DNA of 59,571 bases from a virus (lineage: Duplodnaviria > Caudoviricetes): the IMG/VR virus record IMGVR_UViG_3300037478_000385, positions 1 to 59,571 of that record. One strand, written 5' to 3'. Below, in pieces: positions 17,488 to 26,739 of this stretch; the first letter of the stretch is position 1; every line of letters starts with the position of its first letter. The notes below the pieces were generated by a model. It did not search any database. It saw only the letters and a program-made list of their open reading frames with translations, and was not told the origin of the DNA. The position numbers were made by a program, and so were the translations under genes.

Positions 17488-17657
17488 TGGATGCCTCCAG
17501 AGCGGGAAGAAGAAGAGCGGTGGCGGCCGGTAGGGCTCGGCGCTGGCGTGGGCTTGGGCTCCGGGCGGGCGACGTGCCGATTGACGCGGCAGCACACGAT
17601 GCTTGCCCCGACTGCATACACACCCGTCGAGCCGAGGGTGATCAGGAGCGTCTTCAC
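17484..17657 (-). CDS. Small membrane protein
   Basis: N-terminal hydrophobic stretch. Confidence 0.45.
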   Translation of the reverse strand: MKTLLITLGSTGVYAVGASIVCCRVNRHVARPEPKPTPAPSPTGRHRSSSSRSGGIQ

Positions 17658-17727
17658 GGCGTCACCCCGCTCGCGCCGATGGCGGCGAGGACCAGGCTCG
17701 CGACGAGTAGTGCGATGCGGAGCCACA

Positions 17728-18477
17728 TCACGCGCCACCGCCCGTCTCGGGCAGGTCCCGGGCGGGCCAGCAGCGGATCACCACGTGAATGCCGCGCCAC
17801 GTCGCGTGCGAGGTGACGCAACTGCCGCGATGCGTCGTCCGGTCCAGGTCGACGTCCAACGCCCTCTGCCACGCCGACCACTGCTCCGGGGTGGCCGTCA
17901 GCTCAAGGCGGATCGTCCGGGAGGCCGAGTTGTACGCGGCCTCGGCGTGCTGTGCGGGGGCGAGGGTGACGATGTCGGCGGTGTCCTCGGCGCGCGGCGC
18001 GCGGTCCGCCGACTCCTGCACCCTCTCGGTGAGCGCGTACGCCACCGGCGTGTCCTCGGCAGGCTCGTCGCAGACGCAGCGACAGCACTGGCCGCAGTCC
18101 TCGCAGTCGTCACACCGGCAGTGCCCGCACGACCTCTTCGGGCAGTCGCACTGCATGAGCCGCGGCCCGTCGTCGGGCCCGGGGCAGGCCAGCGGCGGCA
18201 CCTTCGGGTCCTGCGTCTGGTGCCGGAACTCGGCACGCTGGCCCTCACGGTAGGCCGCGGCCACCAGCTCCGCGACGTGGGCCCGCAGATCGTCACGCTC
18301 GGCCTCCGCAGCCCGGAACGCGACAGTCATCTCAGCCAACGCGTCATTCGTGCTGTGCCGCTCGTCCCGCAGCTCGACGATACGGCGCCGCAGACGACCC
18401 GCCTCATCCTCCAGCGAGACACGGTCCGCCAGGGCGCGGCGCAGCTCATCCCGCGCGGCGGGGTTCGGGGCGCTCAC
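17728..18477 (-). CDS. Coiled-coil protein with Cys-rich cluster
   Basis: CDC..RSCGHCRCDDCEDCGQCCRCVC. Confidence 0.6.
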   Translation of the reverse strand: MSAPNPAARDELRRALADRVSLEDEAGRLRRRIVELRDERHSTNDALAEMTVAFRAAEAERDDLRAHVAELVAAAYREGQRAEFRHQTQDPKVPPLACPGPDDGPRLMQCDCPKRSCGHCRCDDCEDCGQCCRCVCDEPAEDTPVAYALTERVQESADRAPRAEDTADIVTLAPAQHAEAAYNSASRTIRLELTATPEQWSAWQRALDVDLDRTTHRGSCVTSHATWRGIHVVIRCWPARDLPETGGGA

Positions 18478-18710
18478 GACGCCACCCCCGCGGCATCCGC
18501 GTCCAGCGCGTCCAGCAACTGCCGCAGCCGGATCTCCAGCGTCACCGCGGCCGTGACCATAGCCCCGCGGTCATGGATATTGGCGGCCTGCTGCGCGGCC
18601 AGGTCCTCCCGGGCAAGGCGCAGCGCGGTGTCCAGCGGCGGCACCCACGCGTCAGACGGACCCGGCACGTACAGCGCGTCCACCGGCAGCTCGATCGGGG
18701 AGGCACTCAT
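18474..18710 (-). CDS. Hypothetical protein
   Basis: Coupled ORF MSASPIELP. Confidence 0.6.
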   Translation of the reverse strand: MSASPIELPVDALYVPGPSDAWVPPLDTALRLAREDLAAQQAANIHDRGAMVTAAVTLEIRLRQLLDALDADAAGVAS

Positions 18711-19087
18711 CGCACACCACCCGTCAGCGCGTCGGCCTGCTCGGCGGACATCAGCGCCCACGCCACCAGCCGCACACCACCGCGCAGGGAACCACTGGCC
18801 TCCGTGTACACGGACCCGCTCTCACGGATCTCGATGCTCATGTCGAGCCGGTACTCATCGGCGAAAGCGCTGACGGCCTCCGGGGCGCAGTGGAAGTAGA
18901 ACTGCACCTTGGCCGCGGTCGGCGAGTGGCCGGCGACCCTGATGGTGAAGCTGTAGGGGAGCACCTTGGCCGTGCTCATGATCTGCTCAGTGAGCGACAG
19001 CGCAGCCATGTAGCTACGGCGCTGGGCGTCGCTGCGCTGGTCGGCGAGTGTCGTGTGGGTGGTCTGCTCGGTAGGCTCGTGTGTCAC
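18707..19087 (-). CDS. Hypothetical protein
   Basis: Strong AAGGAG RBS. Confidence 0.65.
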   Translation of the reverse strand: MTHEPTEQTTHTTLADQRSDAQRRSYMAALSLTEQIMSTAKVLPYSFTIRVAGHSPTAAKVQFYFHCAPEAVSAFADEYRLDMSIEIRESGSVYTEASGSLRGGVRLVAWALMSAEQADALTGGVR

Positions 19088-19159
19088 GGCCTACTCCTTC
19101 CTCTTGGTGTGGGTAGGTCGGGGGTCGTCGGGTGTCGTCCGGCGGCCCCGCTTTATGTG

Positions 19160-19375
19160 TCAGGCGGCGCGTTGCGCCAGCCGGTCCGTAGCGGCTTTAG
19201 CTTCCAGCCACGACTGGACGACGCCGCGTTCGTAGATCACCTCGCGGCCGATGCGGATACCGGCCGGGCCTTCACCGCGGTAGCGCATCTGGCGGACTGC
19301 CGCTGGCGTCTTGCGGATGAGGGCCGCGAGCTCCCGGGTCGTCATGTACGGCGAGGCGGTGTTCGTCTCGCTCAT
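19160..19375 (-). CDS. Excisionase/AlpA-like HTH protein
   Basis: YMTTRELAALIR.TPAAVRQMRYRGEGP..IRIGREVIY. Confidence 0.8.
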   Translation of the reverse strand: MSETNTASPYMTTRELAALIRKTPAAVRQMRYRGEGPAGIRIGREVIYERGVVQSWLEAKAATDRLAQRAA

Positions 19376-19586
19376 CGTTGGTCTCCGTTCGGTGTCGTTC
19401 AAGGTCGGCGACCGAGCATCCGAGGGTGTGGGCGATACGTGCCATGACCTCGGGTTGTGGGTTGCGTTGGCCTCGTTCGATGCGGGATAGGTGAGGGTGC
19501 GAGAGGCCGACGGCGTCCGCGAATCGGCGCAGGCCGTAGCCGCTTTGTTCGCGTCGCCGTCGGATTTGTGGTCCGTCGGCTTGCAC
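19272..19586 (-). CDS. Cro-like XRE HTH regulator
   Basis: IRRRREQSGYGLRRFADAVGLSHPHLSRIERGQRNP. Confidence 0.8.
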   Translation of the reverse strand: MQADGPQIRRRREQSGYGLRRFADAVGLSHPHLSRIERGQRNPQPEVMARIAHTLGCSVADLERHRTETNDERDEHRLAVHDDPGARGPHPQDASGSPPDALPR

Positions 19587-19587
19587 A

Positions 19588-19647
19588 AGCAGAACGATAC
19601 CCAACGAAGGCGGCGCGCGCAATACGAAGCACAGCGATCCATAACGA
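19588..19647. promoter_or_regulatory. Candidate repressor operators in the immunity region
   Basis: Imperfect repeats AGCAGAACGATACCCAACG and AGCACAGCGATCCATAACG upstream of cro. Confidence 0.4.
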
Positions 19648-19809
19648 GATGTGGCGCGTGCATCCGGGGGCGAGTACTGGCCGAGTGGCTCGTATACCGC
19701 TGTCGCGAAGAGGAACGCCGTCCTCTACTCTGGTGCCGCTCGGTGCCTCGCGGTGCCCGGCGTTGTGTCTCGTCAGCTACGACGCTGACCGACCGGAGGA
19801 GATACCCCA

Positions 19810-20241
19810 ATGAACCGCGACCCGGAGGCATGGGCACGGCTCGGCCGCGCGCTCAGGCAGGCACGCCTGGCCAGCGGCCTATCCCAAGACCAGGTCGCCG
19901 AGCAGGCAGGCGTCTCCACCGCGAGCATCCAGACAGTCGAGGCCGGCAAGGTCCCCAAATCGCGGATGCCCTACACGATCTCCCCGATCGCCCGCGTTCT
20001 CGGCTGGCCACCCGGCGCAGTCGATGCCGTCCTCGAGGGCGCCGAGCCTCCCGGCGGATGGCGTGACGTGTCCGTACAGCAGCAGATCGACGCCGAATGC
20101 ATCGCTGCGGCCATCACCAACGCGATGGTCCGCGCCACCGAGCACGCCACCGCGGCAGAAATCCGCGACGCCACACGCATCGCCCTGGAAGAGCTGCGCC
20201 GCAAGGGCCTGATTTCCGAAACAGGAATCGTACAACCTTGA
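19810..20241 (+). CDS. XRE-family immunity repressor
   Basis: LRQARLASGLSQDQVAEQAGVSTASIQTVE; divergent from cro. Confidence 0.85.
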   Translation: MNRDPEAWARLGRALRQARLASGLSQDQVAEQAGVSTASIQTVEAGKVPKSRMPYTISPIARVLGWPPGAVDAVLEGAEPPGGWRDVSVQQQIDAECIAAAITNAMVRATEHATAAEIRDATRIALEELRRKGLISETGIVQP

Positions 20242-20300
20242 AACAAATCTTCTAACGGGCTGTGACGTATCGCCACGCCGCATAACCTCAGATATCTGGG

Positions 20301-20540
20301 GTGATCACCCTAGACGCCGCGAGGGAGCTGCCTGTGCCCGACAAAACCAGAATCCTCACCGCTGACCTGGGACCCCGCATCGCCGCATTCACCTGCTGTA
20401 TCGACGGACAGCCGGCCGCTGTCGTGAACACCGCCACGGGCCATGACGCGGGCATACGGGCACAGGCCGCGCTGGTACTCGCCCGCGCCGGACTGGACGC
20501 CGACCTCATCATCGGAGCGCTGCATGGGATACGTAGCTGA
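20301..20540 (+). CDS. Hypothetical protein upstream of integrase
   Basis: ORF overlapping the int start. Confidence 0.55.
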   Translation: MITLDAARELPVPDKTRILTADLGPRIAAFTCCIDGQPAAVVNTATGHDAGIRAQAALVLARAGLDADLIIGALHGIRS

Positions 20541-21780
20541 CCGCTGGCACAAGTCCCGCCCCAGGCCCGGAGAGCCGGAGTGCGGGGAGCACAAGGGCAA
20601 GGTGGCCTCGAGCTCGCACGGGAAGGGCAAACGCTGGCAGGCCCGCTACGACGGGCCAGACGGACGCGAGCGGACCTCCCTGCACGCCACCCGCGCGGAG
20701 GCCGATCGGGAGATCGTCAAGCAGGAAGGCGCGAAGCTCACCGGGTCCTGGCTCGACCCCAAGGCCGGCCGCGTCACCGTCGAGACATTCGCGCTCGAGA
20801 CGTGGCTGCCCGCGCAGGGCATCATCGGCCGCACAGAGACCGAATACCGGGGCGTCCTGGACCGCTACCTGATCCCCGAGTGGGGGCCACGGGAGATCCG
20901 CTCCATCAAGCCCAGCGAGGCGGGGGCGTGGCAGCAGAAGCTGACCACCAAATACAAGCTGTCAGGCAGCTACCCGAACCGGGTCGCCCGCTACGTGCGC
21001 AGCGTCTTTCGGCTCGCAGTCGTCGACCGCGTCCTCGCTATGTCCCCGTTCGACGGGATCACAGCCCCCACCTTGGTGGAGTCGACGGTGCACCCGCCGG
21101 ACGTCGTCGAAGTACGGCAGATCATCGAGCACGCCTACAAGCCCCTGTGGGCAGCCCTGTTCGAGCTGGACGCGCTCACCGGACTCCGCTCGGGCGAGAT
21201 CCGCGGCCTGCGCCTGGACAAGGTCGACTTCCTGCGCAAGGTCGCGCGCATCGAGCAGCAGCTGGTGTACGAGAAGGGCCGCGGTCTGTACTTCGACGAG
21301 CTGAAGACCGGTGCCGGCCGCCGTGTGCTGCCGCTCAACCAACGCGCTGTGGACTCGCTGGCGGCGTACGTGGCGAAGTACCCGCCACCCTCGCAAGGCC
21401 CCTGGGCGGGGCTGATCTTCACGATGCCGGGCGGCCTGCCGATCGGTGAGAGCACGATCGACTGGGCGCTGAAGAACACCTGCCGGAAAGCCGGTTTAGG
21501 TGCGCGGCATATGCATGAGCTGCGGCACCACTACGCGAGCGTACTCATCGCAGGCGGCGAGAATCCGAAGGTCGTCTCCAAGCGGCTGGGGCACAAGGAC
21601 GTGATGATGACGATGCGGACGTATGCGCACCTGTTCGCGGAGGCGGAGGAGCAGACCCGTGACGTTCTGGATGCGGCATGGGCTGTGCCGGGTGAGACTG
21701 AGGGTGGATCTTCCGGAGCGGGCGGAAGGATTCCGGAAGCCCGGAGCGCGGAGGCGGACATTGTGCAGCTCAGGTCTTGA
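20524..21780 (+). CDS. int: Tyrosine integrase
   Basis: TGLRSGE, LKT, HELRH, LGH, YAH catalytic motifs. Confidence 0.95.
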   Translation: MGYVADRWHKSRPRPGEPECGEHKGKVASSSHGKGKRWQARYDGPDGRERTSLHATRAEADREIVKQEGAKLTGSWLDPKAGRVTVETFALETWLPAQGIIGRTETEYRGVLDRYLIPEWGPREIRSIKPSEAGAWQQKLTTKYKLSGSYPNRVARYVRSVFRLAVVDRVLAMSPFDGITAPTLVESTVHPPDVVEVRQIIEHAYKPLWAALFELDALTGLRSGEIRGLRLDKVDFLRKVARIEQQLVYEKGRGLYFDELKTGAGRRVLPLNQRAVDSLAAYVAKYPPPSQGPWAGLIFTMPGGLPIGESTIDWALKNTCRKAGLGARHMHELRHHYASVLIAGGENPKVVSKRLGHKDVMMTMRTYAHLFAEAEEQTRDVLDAAWAVPGETEGGSSGAGGRIPEARSAEADIVQLRS

Positions 21781-22010
21781 TCTCAGACATCACCGGTGGA
21801 TGTTCCAGGCGGAGAACGCCCGAGCCGGTCAGGGACGTGCAGGCTGGTTGACCTGCACAGACGCGCATCACGTGGCATCTCTACGCGTCACGAGACGTGT
21901 TATGAAACTACGGGAGTGGAGACTCTGACCGGAAGGATCCCGGAACGGCAGATGCCCCGCAGCCTGGTGCGGCGCGGGGCATCTGGGCAGGTGGGGGAGC
22001 CTGGAACATC
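21723..22010. other. Putative attP region
   Basis: Directly after int; CGGAAGGATYCCGGAA at 21723 and 21930; inverted GATGTTCCAGGC at 21799 and 21999. Confidence 0.55.
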
Positions 22011-22086
22011 AGCCCACCAGGTCCCAGACAAGGCAAGACCCCGGCTGTCCGTGACGGGGGCACGGGCAGCCGGGGCCGGTCAGTGG

Positions 22087-22302
22087 TCAGCTCGGTCCGG
22101 CCTCACCCCGGCGGGCGCGGACACGCTCGAGGAAGCGGGAGATCCGCTCCGCCTGCTCCCTCGCAGCCCGGAGCCCGGGGACGTCGTCGATACAGCGCGT
22201 GCACCCGGACCAGGTCCATCCCGGCCCGGACTGCCCGGGCATGTGCACGTCGGCAAGGTCATCGGCCTGGACACGGCGCCGACAGTGGGGGCAGCGGGTC
22301 AC
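22087..22302 (-). CDS. Small zinc-binding protein
   Basis: CPHC...CTRC. Confidence 0.55.
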   Translation of the reverse strand: MTRCPHCRRRVQADDLADVHMPGQSGPGWTWSGCTRCIDDVPGLRAAREQAERISRFLERVRARRGEAGPS

Positions 22303-22478
22303 CGCGTAGTCTCCCGCCACGTGCGGCGCAGCGACTGCCCGTCCTCGCACCCGTCCGCAATGTGAAGACACACATCACACGCGGTGGCGTGGTCCATGAA
22401 GGCCCGCCACGCACGCTGCTCACGGTCCGGGCGAGAGGGGTGCTCGCTGTAGTAGGTGGTGGGCGGTAGATTCGCCAT
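22299..22478 (-). CDS. Small hypothetical protein
   Basis: MANLPP...HATACDVC...C; RBS; coupled to the next ORF. Confidence 0.5.
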   Translation of the reverse strand: MANLPPTTYYSEHPSRPDREQRAWRAFMDHATACDVCLHIADGCEDGQSLRRTWRETTR

Positions 22479-22630
22479 GTCTGCCTGCTCCCATCAGGTG
22501 GGCCACACCCCCGGGCCGGTAGCACGGCAGCGGGGGTTTCCTAGTGCCACACAGCGTAGGCCCAGCATGCTATGGAGTGCTAGGAATACGACCGCTCGCG
22601 TGGCATGGCGCGGCGTGTCACGTTGGCTGC

Positions 22631-22894
22631 ATGATCGAGTGGGAGTCTGATGTGCCCAGGTGGAAGCAGGTAGCGAACGTGATCCGGCACCGGATTGCGG
22701 ACGGCACCTACGCGCCTCGAACCCGGGTGCCATCGGTCATGCAGTTGGTAGACGAGTTTGGGATTGCGCAGGCGACGGCGCAGAAGGTGCACATTGGACT
22801 GCGCGAGGATGGGCTGATCTACACGGAACCGGGGCTCGGCTCGTTCGTCTCGGTTCCGCCGGAGGAAGGACGGGGAGCCGGAGGCGCACGATAG
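22631..22894 (+). CDS. GntR-family winged-HTH regulator
   Basis: WKQVANVIRHRIADGTY...VPSVMQL..EFGIAQAT...PGLGSFV. Confidence 0.9.
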   Translation: MIEWESDVPRWKQVANVIRHRIADGTYAPRTRVPSVMQLVDEFGIAQATAQKVHIGLREDGLIYTEPGLGSFVSVPPEEGRGAGGAR

Positions 22895-23105
22895 ATGACG
22901 ATCGGCCCTCATCCGTCCGGTGGGGGCCGTCGTGCTGTGCGGGCCCGGACGCACGAAGGCGCCCCCTGCCCGCCAGCCGTGAGGCCAGCAGACGGGGGCT
23001 CAGTCGCGCTGTGGTCGTCATGTGGTGCACCCCGCATGGCCATACAGCTTGACGCTGTGCAGTGTGAGGCTGTACCTTTGGTGTATCAGCAACTGAGGGA
23101 GACCG

Positions 23106-23552
23106 ATGAACACCAGCACCGCAGCCACACAGGCCGGAGTCACCATCCCGACCATCCGCACCTGGTGCCGCATCGGAGCCGTCGCCGCCACCAAGACGGG
23201 CGGCCGCTGGGTCATCGACACAGCCTCCCTCACCAACCGCATCACCATCGGCCACCTCAAGACCAGGAAGACGCCCATGACCCCAGCCACGAAGCCCGAC
23301 CCCACCACCGCAAGGCAGCTCATCACCGAGATCAACGTGAACATCGCCCAGGCCGTACAGGTCGGCTCCATCCCCGGCCTGCGCCGCCTCCTCACCTACG
23401 TCGAAGCCCGCGACATCGCCGCATTCGTCGACCCCGAAGGGGTCCACCCCACCCAGCAACAGTGGGACACCGCCGCCACCTACATCGCCTCGCAAATCAG
23501 CCACCTCCACAGCGAGGCCCGCACCAGCGCCTCCATCTACGACTACGAGTGA
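23106..23552 (+). CDS. N-terminal excisionase-type HTH protein
   Basis: AATQAGVTIPTIRTWCRIG.V.ATKTGGRWVID. Confidence 0.75.
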   Translation: MNTSTAATQAGVTIPTIRTWCRIGAVAATKTGGRWVIDTASLTNRITIGHLKTRKTPMTPATKPDPTTARQLITEINVNIAQAVQVGSIPGLRRLLTYVEARDIAAFVDPEGVHPTQQQWDTAATYIASQISHLHSEARTSASIYDYE

Positions 23553-23565
23553 GGACCCCGCCCCG

Positions 23566-24186
23566 ATGAGCACCGTAAAGCTGATGCTGCGCACCGACGC
23601 CGACGACACCGTCACCCACATCCCAGCCAAGCCAGACACCGTCGACCTCGACCAACTCACCCCCCGCGCACGGGCCCTCGCCGAGGCCGTCGCCCAGATG
23701 CCCGCTGGCCGCAAGGGGACCGGGAAGATCCTGTGCCACCACCGCACCATGACCTGCGGCGAGGCCACTCCCAATCCAGAGGTATGGCTGCGGCCCGACC
23801 AGATGGACGAGCCTGCCCGGATGGCCTGGTCAGCGTGGGACAAGTACCGCGCCGACTCCGATGTGAGCCCTGTCGAGTACTTGGAGCGGCAGGCACGGAA
23901 GATCCCGCACGACTGGGTCATCGTCTCCGCGCAGTGGATCACAGGCCCCCGCCAGGAACCGGTGCCATCGTCCGCCGCGAGCGCGGATGACCGGTACCTG
24001 ACTCGGGACCAGGTGCTCGACTACATGCGAGCCCGAGGCCGGGACATCTCAGTCTCCACATGGAGTGCGTACACCTCGCGTCGCCGTCGGCAAGCGCCGC
24101 CCGCAGACCGGCACGTCGGCCGGACTCCGCAGTGGCGGCCGGAAACCATCGACCAGTTCCTGTCTGGCGAGTGGTCAACAGCCTGA
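23566..24186 (+). CDS. Protein with C-terminal AlpA-like HTH
   Basis: LTRDQV...ISVSTWSAY...AP.ADRHVGRTPQWRPETI. Confidence 0.7.
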   Translation: MSTVKLMLRTDADDTVTHIPAKPDTVDLDQLTPRARALAEAVAQMPAGRKGTGKILCHHRTMTCGEATPNPEVWLRPDQMDEPARMAWSAWDKYRADSDVSPVEYLERQARKIPHDWVIVSAQWITGPRQEPVPSSAASADDRYLTRDQVLDYMRARGRDISVSTWSAYTSRRRRQAPPADRHVGRTPQWRPETIDQFLSGEWSTA

Positions 24187-24203
24187 CCCCGGAAACGACG
24201 AAG

Positions 24204-24246
24204 GCGCCCCCTGCCCGGCCCCGCGAAGGAGGCCGGACAGGGGGCG
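24204..24246. terminator. Bidirectional terminator between convergent operons
   Basis: CGCCCCCTG.CCGGCC...GGCCGG.CAGGGGGCG hairpin. Confidence 0.65.
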
Positions 24247-24259
24247 TAGTCGCGCTGTG

Positions 24260-24448
24260 CTACTTGGAGCCGGTACCCGGCTCGCACGCAGGCGGCTTGA
24301 ACCCCGGGTGCGGGTTCCCATGCTGACCCGGCGCGCACACGAACCCCGGGTTCGTTCCACCCGGACCCGGATCCGCCGCAGCCACACCAGCAGTGCCCGC
24401 CACCGCCATCACCGTGAGCCCGAGCACCGCGAACATCTTCTTCACCAT
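24260..24448 (-). CDS. Small secreted Pro/Gly-rich peptide with two Cys
   Basis: Sec signal MVKKMF...AAA then DPGPGGTNPGFVC...PPACEPGTGSK. Confidence 0.7.
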   Translation of the reverse strand: MVKKMFAVLGLTVMAVAGTAGVAAADPGPGGTNPGFVCAPGQHGNPHPGFKPPACEPGTGSK

Positions 24449-24481
24449 CAGCTTCCTCTTCCCTCTCGACTACCCCGGGCT

Positions 24482-24700
24482 TCAGCCCAGGAGCAGATGG
24501 CCGGGCAGCCACGCCAGGATGCCCAGCAGCACACCCACCACGGCGAGGAACACGGCAGGGTGCCGTTTCGCCCACGGCCGCAGCCATTCGCTGTACGTGT
24601 CACCGGACTTGCGGTTCAGCAACGCCCGCGCCTCCAGCCCGGCACCTGCCGCGAGCAGCAGACCCAGACCAGCCGTCAGAACAGCCCACACCCACACCAC
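24482..24700 (-). CDS. Membrane protein (lysis cassette)
   Basis: Two TM segments. Confidence 0.65.
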   Translation of the reverse strand: MVWVWAVLTAGLGLLLAAGAGLEARALLNRKSGDTYSEWLRPWAKRHPAVFLAVVGVLLGILAWLPGHLLLG

Positions 24701-24711
24701 GACAGCCCCCT

Positions 24712-24972
24712 TCAGTTCCCCGGGCCGGGGTTGTCCGCCAGGTGCCTATCCAGCCGGTCCTTCAACTCGGACACCTCTTGGGTAGTCTCGTCCAGCTTCC
24801 GTTCCGTCCGCGTCACCGTGTCCTTGATGGACCGGCCGCCGTTCGGCGCCAGCTCCCGTACCGCGTCCACGATCGTCACGATGCGGCGGTTCACCCGCCA
24901 CAAGGTGCGGGCCAGCGCACTAATCGCAAGAAGCGCGGCAGCCCCGCCCCCGAGATAGATGATCAGATCCAC
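24712..24972 (-). CDS. Membrane-anchored coiled-coil lysis-associated protein
   Basis: TM plus ELAPNGGRSIKD motif. Confidence 0.7.
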   Translation of the reverse strand: MDLIIYLGGGAAALLAISALARTLWRVNRRIVTIVDAVRELAPNGGRSIKDTVTRTERKLDETTQEVSELKDRLDRHLADNPGPGN

Positions 24973-24987
24973 CGGTCGCCTCCCGCG

Positions 24988-25215
24988 TCACGACCGGGTC
25001 CGCGGCGGCAGCCAAGCCGCCGACGCAGAGTCACCGATGAAAGAACCCACAGCACCCTTCACCACAGTCACCGCAGCCGGCAGCGCCGCCACAGCCGCCG
25101 CCTTCCACGCCGACACGCTCACCAGATCAGCACCATCCGCGAGCAGCAGCCCGAGGAACACCGCCACGTACGTGGCCGCGGTCCGCTCGAGGAGATCAAC
25201 CAGGAACACGCGCAC
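24988..25215 (-). CDS. Holin (r1t-like)
   Basis: DLLERTAATYVAVFLG; follows the endolysin. Confidence 0.8.
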   Translation of the reverse strand: MRVFLVDLLERTAATYVAVFLGLLLADGADLVSVSAWKAAAVAALPAAVTVVKGAVGSFIGDSASAAWLPPRTRS

Positions 25216-25219
25216 GGCT

Positions 25220-26173
25220 TCAGCCCTCCTGCACGTCGAGGTGGACGGTCACGGACTCGATCGCCGCAGTGATCCGCGCGACCAGCGCATCCGGATCAAT
25301 ATCCGCATGATGCGCGGCAAGCGCCGCGGCCAGCTGCTCAATCGCCGTGGACTGGGCAGCGAGCAGCGCCTCTACCCGACGCAGACGCTTCGCGTCGTCG
25401 ACGAGGATGGAGCCGAGTTGCCAATACTGGTTCGTGTCCGTGCCCCACGGCACCTTGATGATGCCGTCGGTCGTCAAGACAGCTCGGGCGGTATTCTTCA
25501 GGTCATCACTGGTCAGGGCCATGGTGTCCTCCTCAGTCCCGGGCCAACGGCCCGCCGGTTGCGCTAGACACGCCGCCACATCCCGGCGAAAACCAGGCAT
25601 CGTGAAACCGCGCGGGTCGATCTTCCAGTCCGACCACTCCAGGTGGCCGATCACGCTTTTCGACGACCAGCCGTACGTCCGGCAGATCGCCGCCGAAGCC
25701 CTGACCATTGCCACGTACTGCACGCGCGGCCATGAGTCGGACCCGTCACCCTTGTTCTCGCACTCCCACCCATAGAAGCGGGCGTTGCCGTCGACCGCGC
25801 CAGCGCTGCCCTGGTGCTCGTGCGTCTGGGGCGGGTAGTCCCCGTAGGACTCGGCGATGACGGCCTTCAGGACGTCGGGGTCGCCGCCGCCCGCGTGATT
25901 GGCGCGGCCGTTGCCGACCAGGTGCACGGTGCCGTCCTTGGTGATGCAGCCATGGGCGAGCGGCCCGGGCAACCCGCTGTAGCCGTCGTAGATGAGGTCC
26001 ACGACATCGGTGCCCGATCCGGTGGCGGTGTGATGGATCATCACGCCATTTATCGGGCCCCAGGCACCCTTGTGGTTCCGGTTGTGTGTGCGCCACGAGC
26101 GCACCTCGCGCACGGCGCAGCCCTCAGCGCGCAGCGCGGCCAGGAACCTGTCAGCGGTGAGCGGTGTGGCCAT
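25220..26173 (-). CDS. Endolysin, N-acetylmuramoyl-L-alanine amidase
   Basis: GVMIHHT, GRANHAG, GWECEN, VIGHLEW...KIDP. Confidence 0.92.
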   Translation of the reverse strand: MATPLTADRFLAALRAEGCAVREVRSWRTHNRNHKGAWGPINGVMIHHTATGSGTDVVDLIYDGYSGLPGPLAHGCITKDGTVHLVGNGRANHAGGGDPDVLKAVIAESYGDYPPQTHEHQGSAGAVDGNARFYGWECENKGDGSDSWPRVQYVAMVRASAAICRTYGWSSKSVIGHLEWSDWKIDPRGFTMPGFRRDVAACLAQPAGRWPGTEEDTMALTSDDLKNTARAVLTTDGIIKVPWGTDTNQYWQLGSILVDDAKRLRRVEALLAAQSTAIEQLAAALAAHHADIDPDALVARITAAIESVTVHLDVQEG

Positions 26174-26232
26174 AGGGCTCTCCTTCGGGCAGCAGAAAAA
26201 CCCGGGCAAGCGGCGCCGGGGCGGTCAGGCGG

Positions 26233-26730
26233 TCAGGCGGCTTCGTAGGTTCCAGCCATCCGGATGGCGTTGCCGCTGGCCCACGTCCAGGGAGTCACGG
26301 CGTCAACCAAGCCGCTGCTGTTGTTCGCTGTGTCGTTGTAGTTGCGGCCGGACAACTCGAGCACCAAGTCCGTGACCGTGTGGAGTCGGCCACGGACAGG
26401 AATGCGTTCGATCTGAGAGGTGAACTGGATCTCTCCCATACCGGTGATCAGCATCGTGGACGCCGCGGTGACAGGAAGCGAAAATCTCCAGTTGTCTCCT
26501 GTGCCGCCACCGCCGAAGTTGGTGGTGGCCCCGAACGTGATCTCCAGCCGGTACCAGACGGTGTCAGCCGACTGCGCATACCGGGCAGTGATCGTCGCAT
26601 CGCCGAACGACGGTGTCGCTGATCCGCTGCTGGTGGTCCACACCGGTTGCCAGTCATCCCACGTGGGGGAGATCGCCGCCAGCCCGTCGGCGGTGACGAT
26701 CTGACCGGCCTGCCATTGGGAAAACGGCAT
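26233..26730 (-). CDS. Minor tail/fibre protein
   Basis: WQAGQIVTAD N-terminus; W.FSLP; GTYEAA end; tail position. Confidence 0.7.
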   Translation of the reverse strand: MPFSQWQAGQIVTADGLAAISPTWDDWQPVWTTSSGSATPSFGDATITARYAQSADTVWYRLEITFGATTNFGGGGTGDNWRFSLPVTAASTMLITGMGEIQFTSQIERIPVRGRLHTVTDLVLELSGRNYNDTANNSSGLVDAVTPWTWASGNAIRMAGTYEAA

Positions 26731-26739
26731 CCATGCCTC

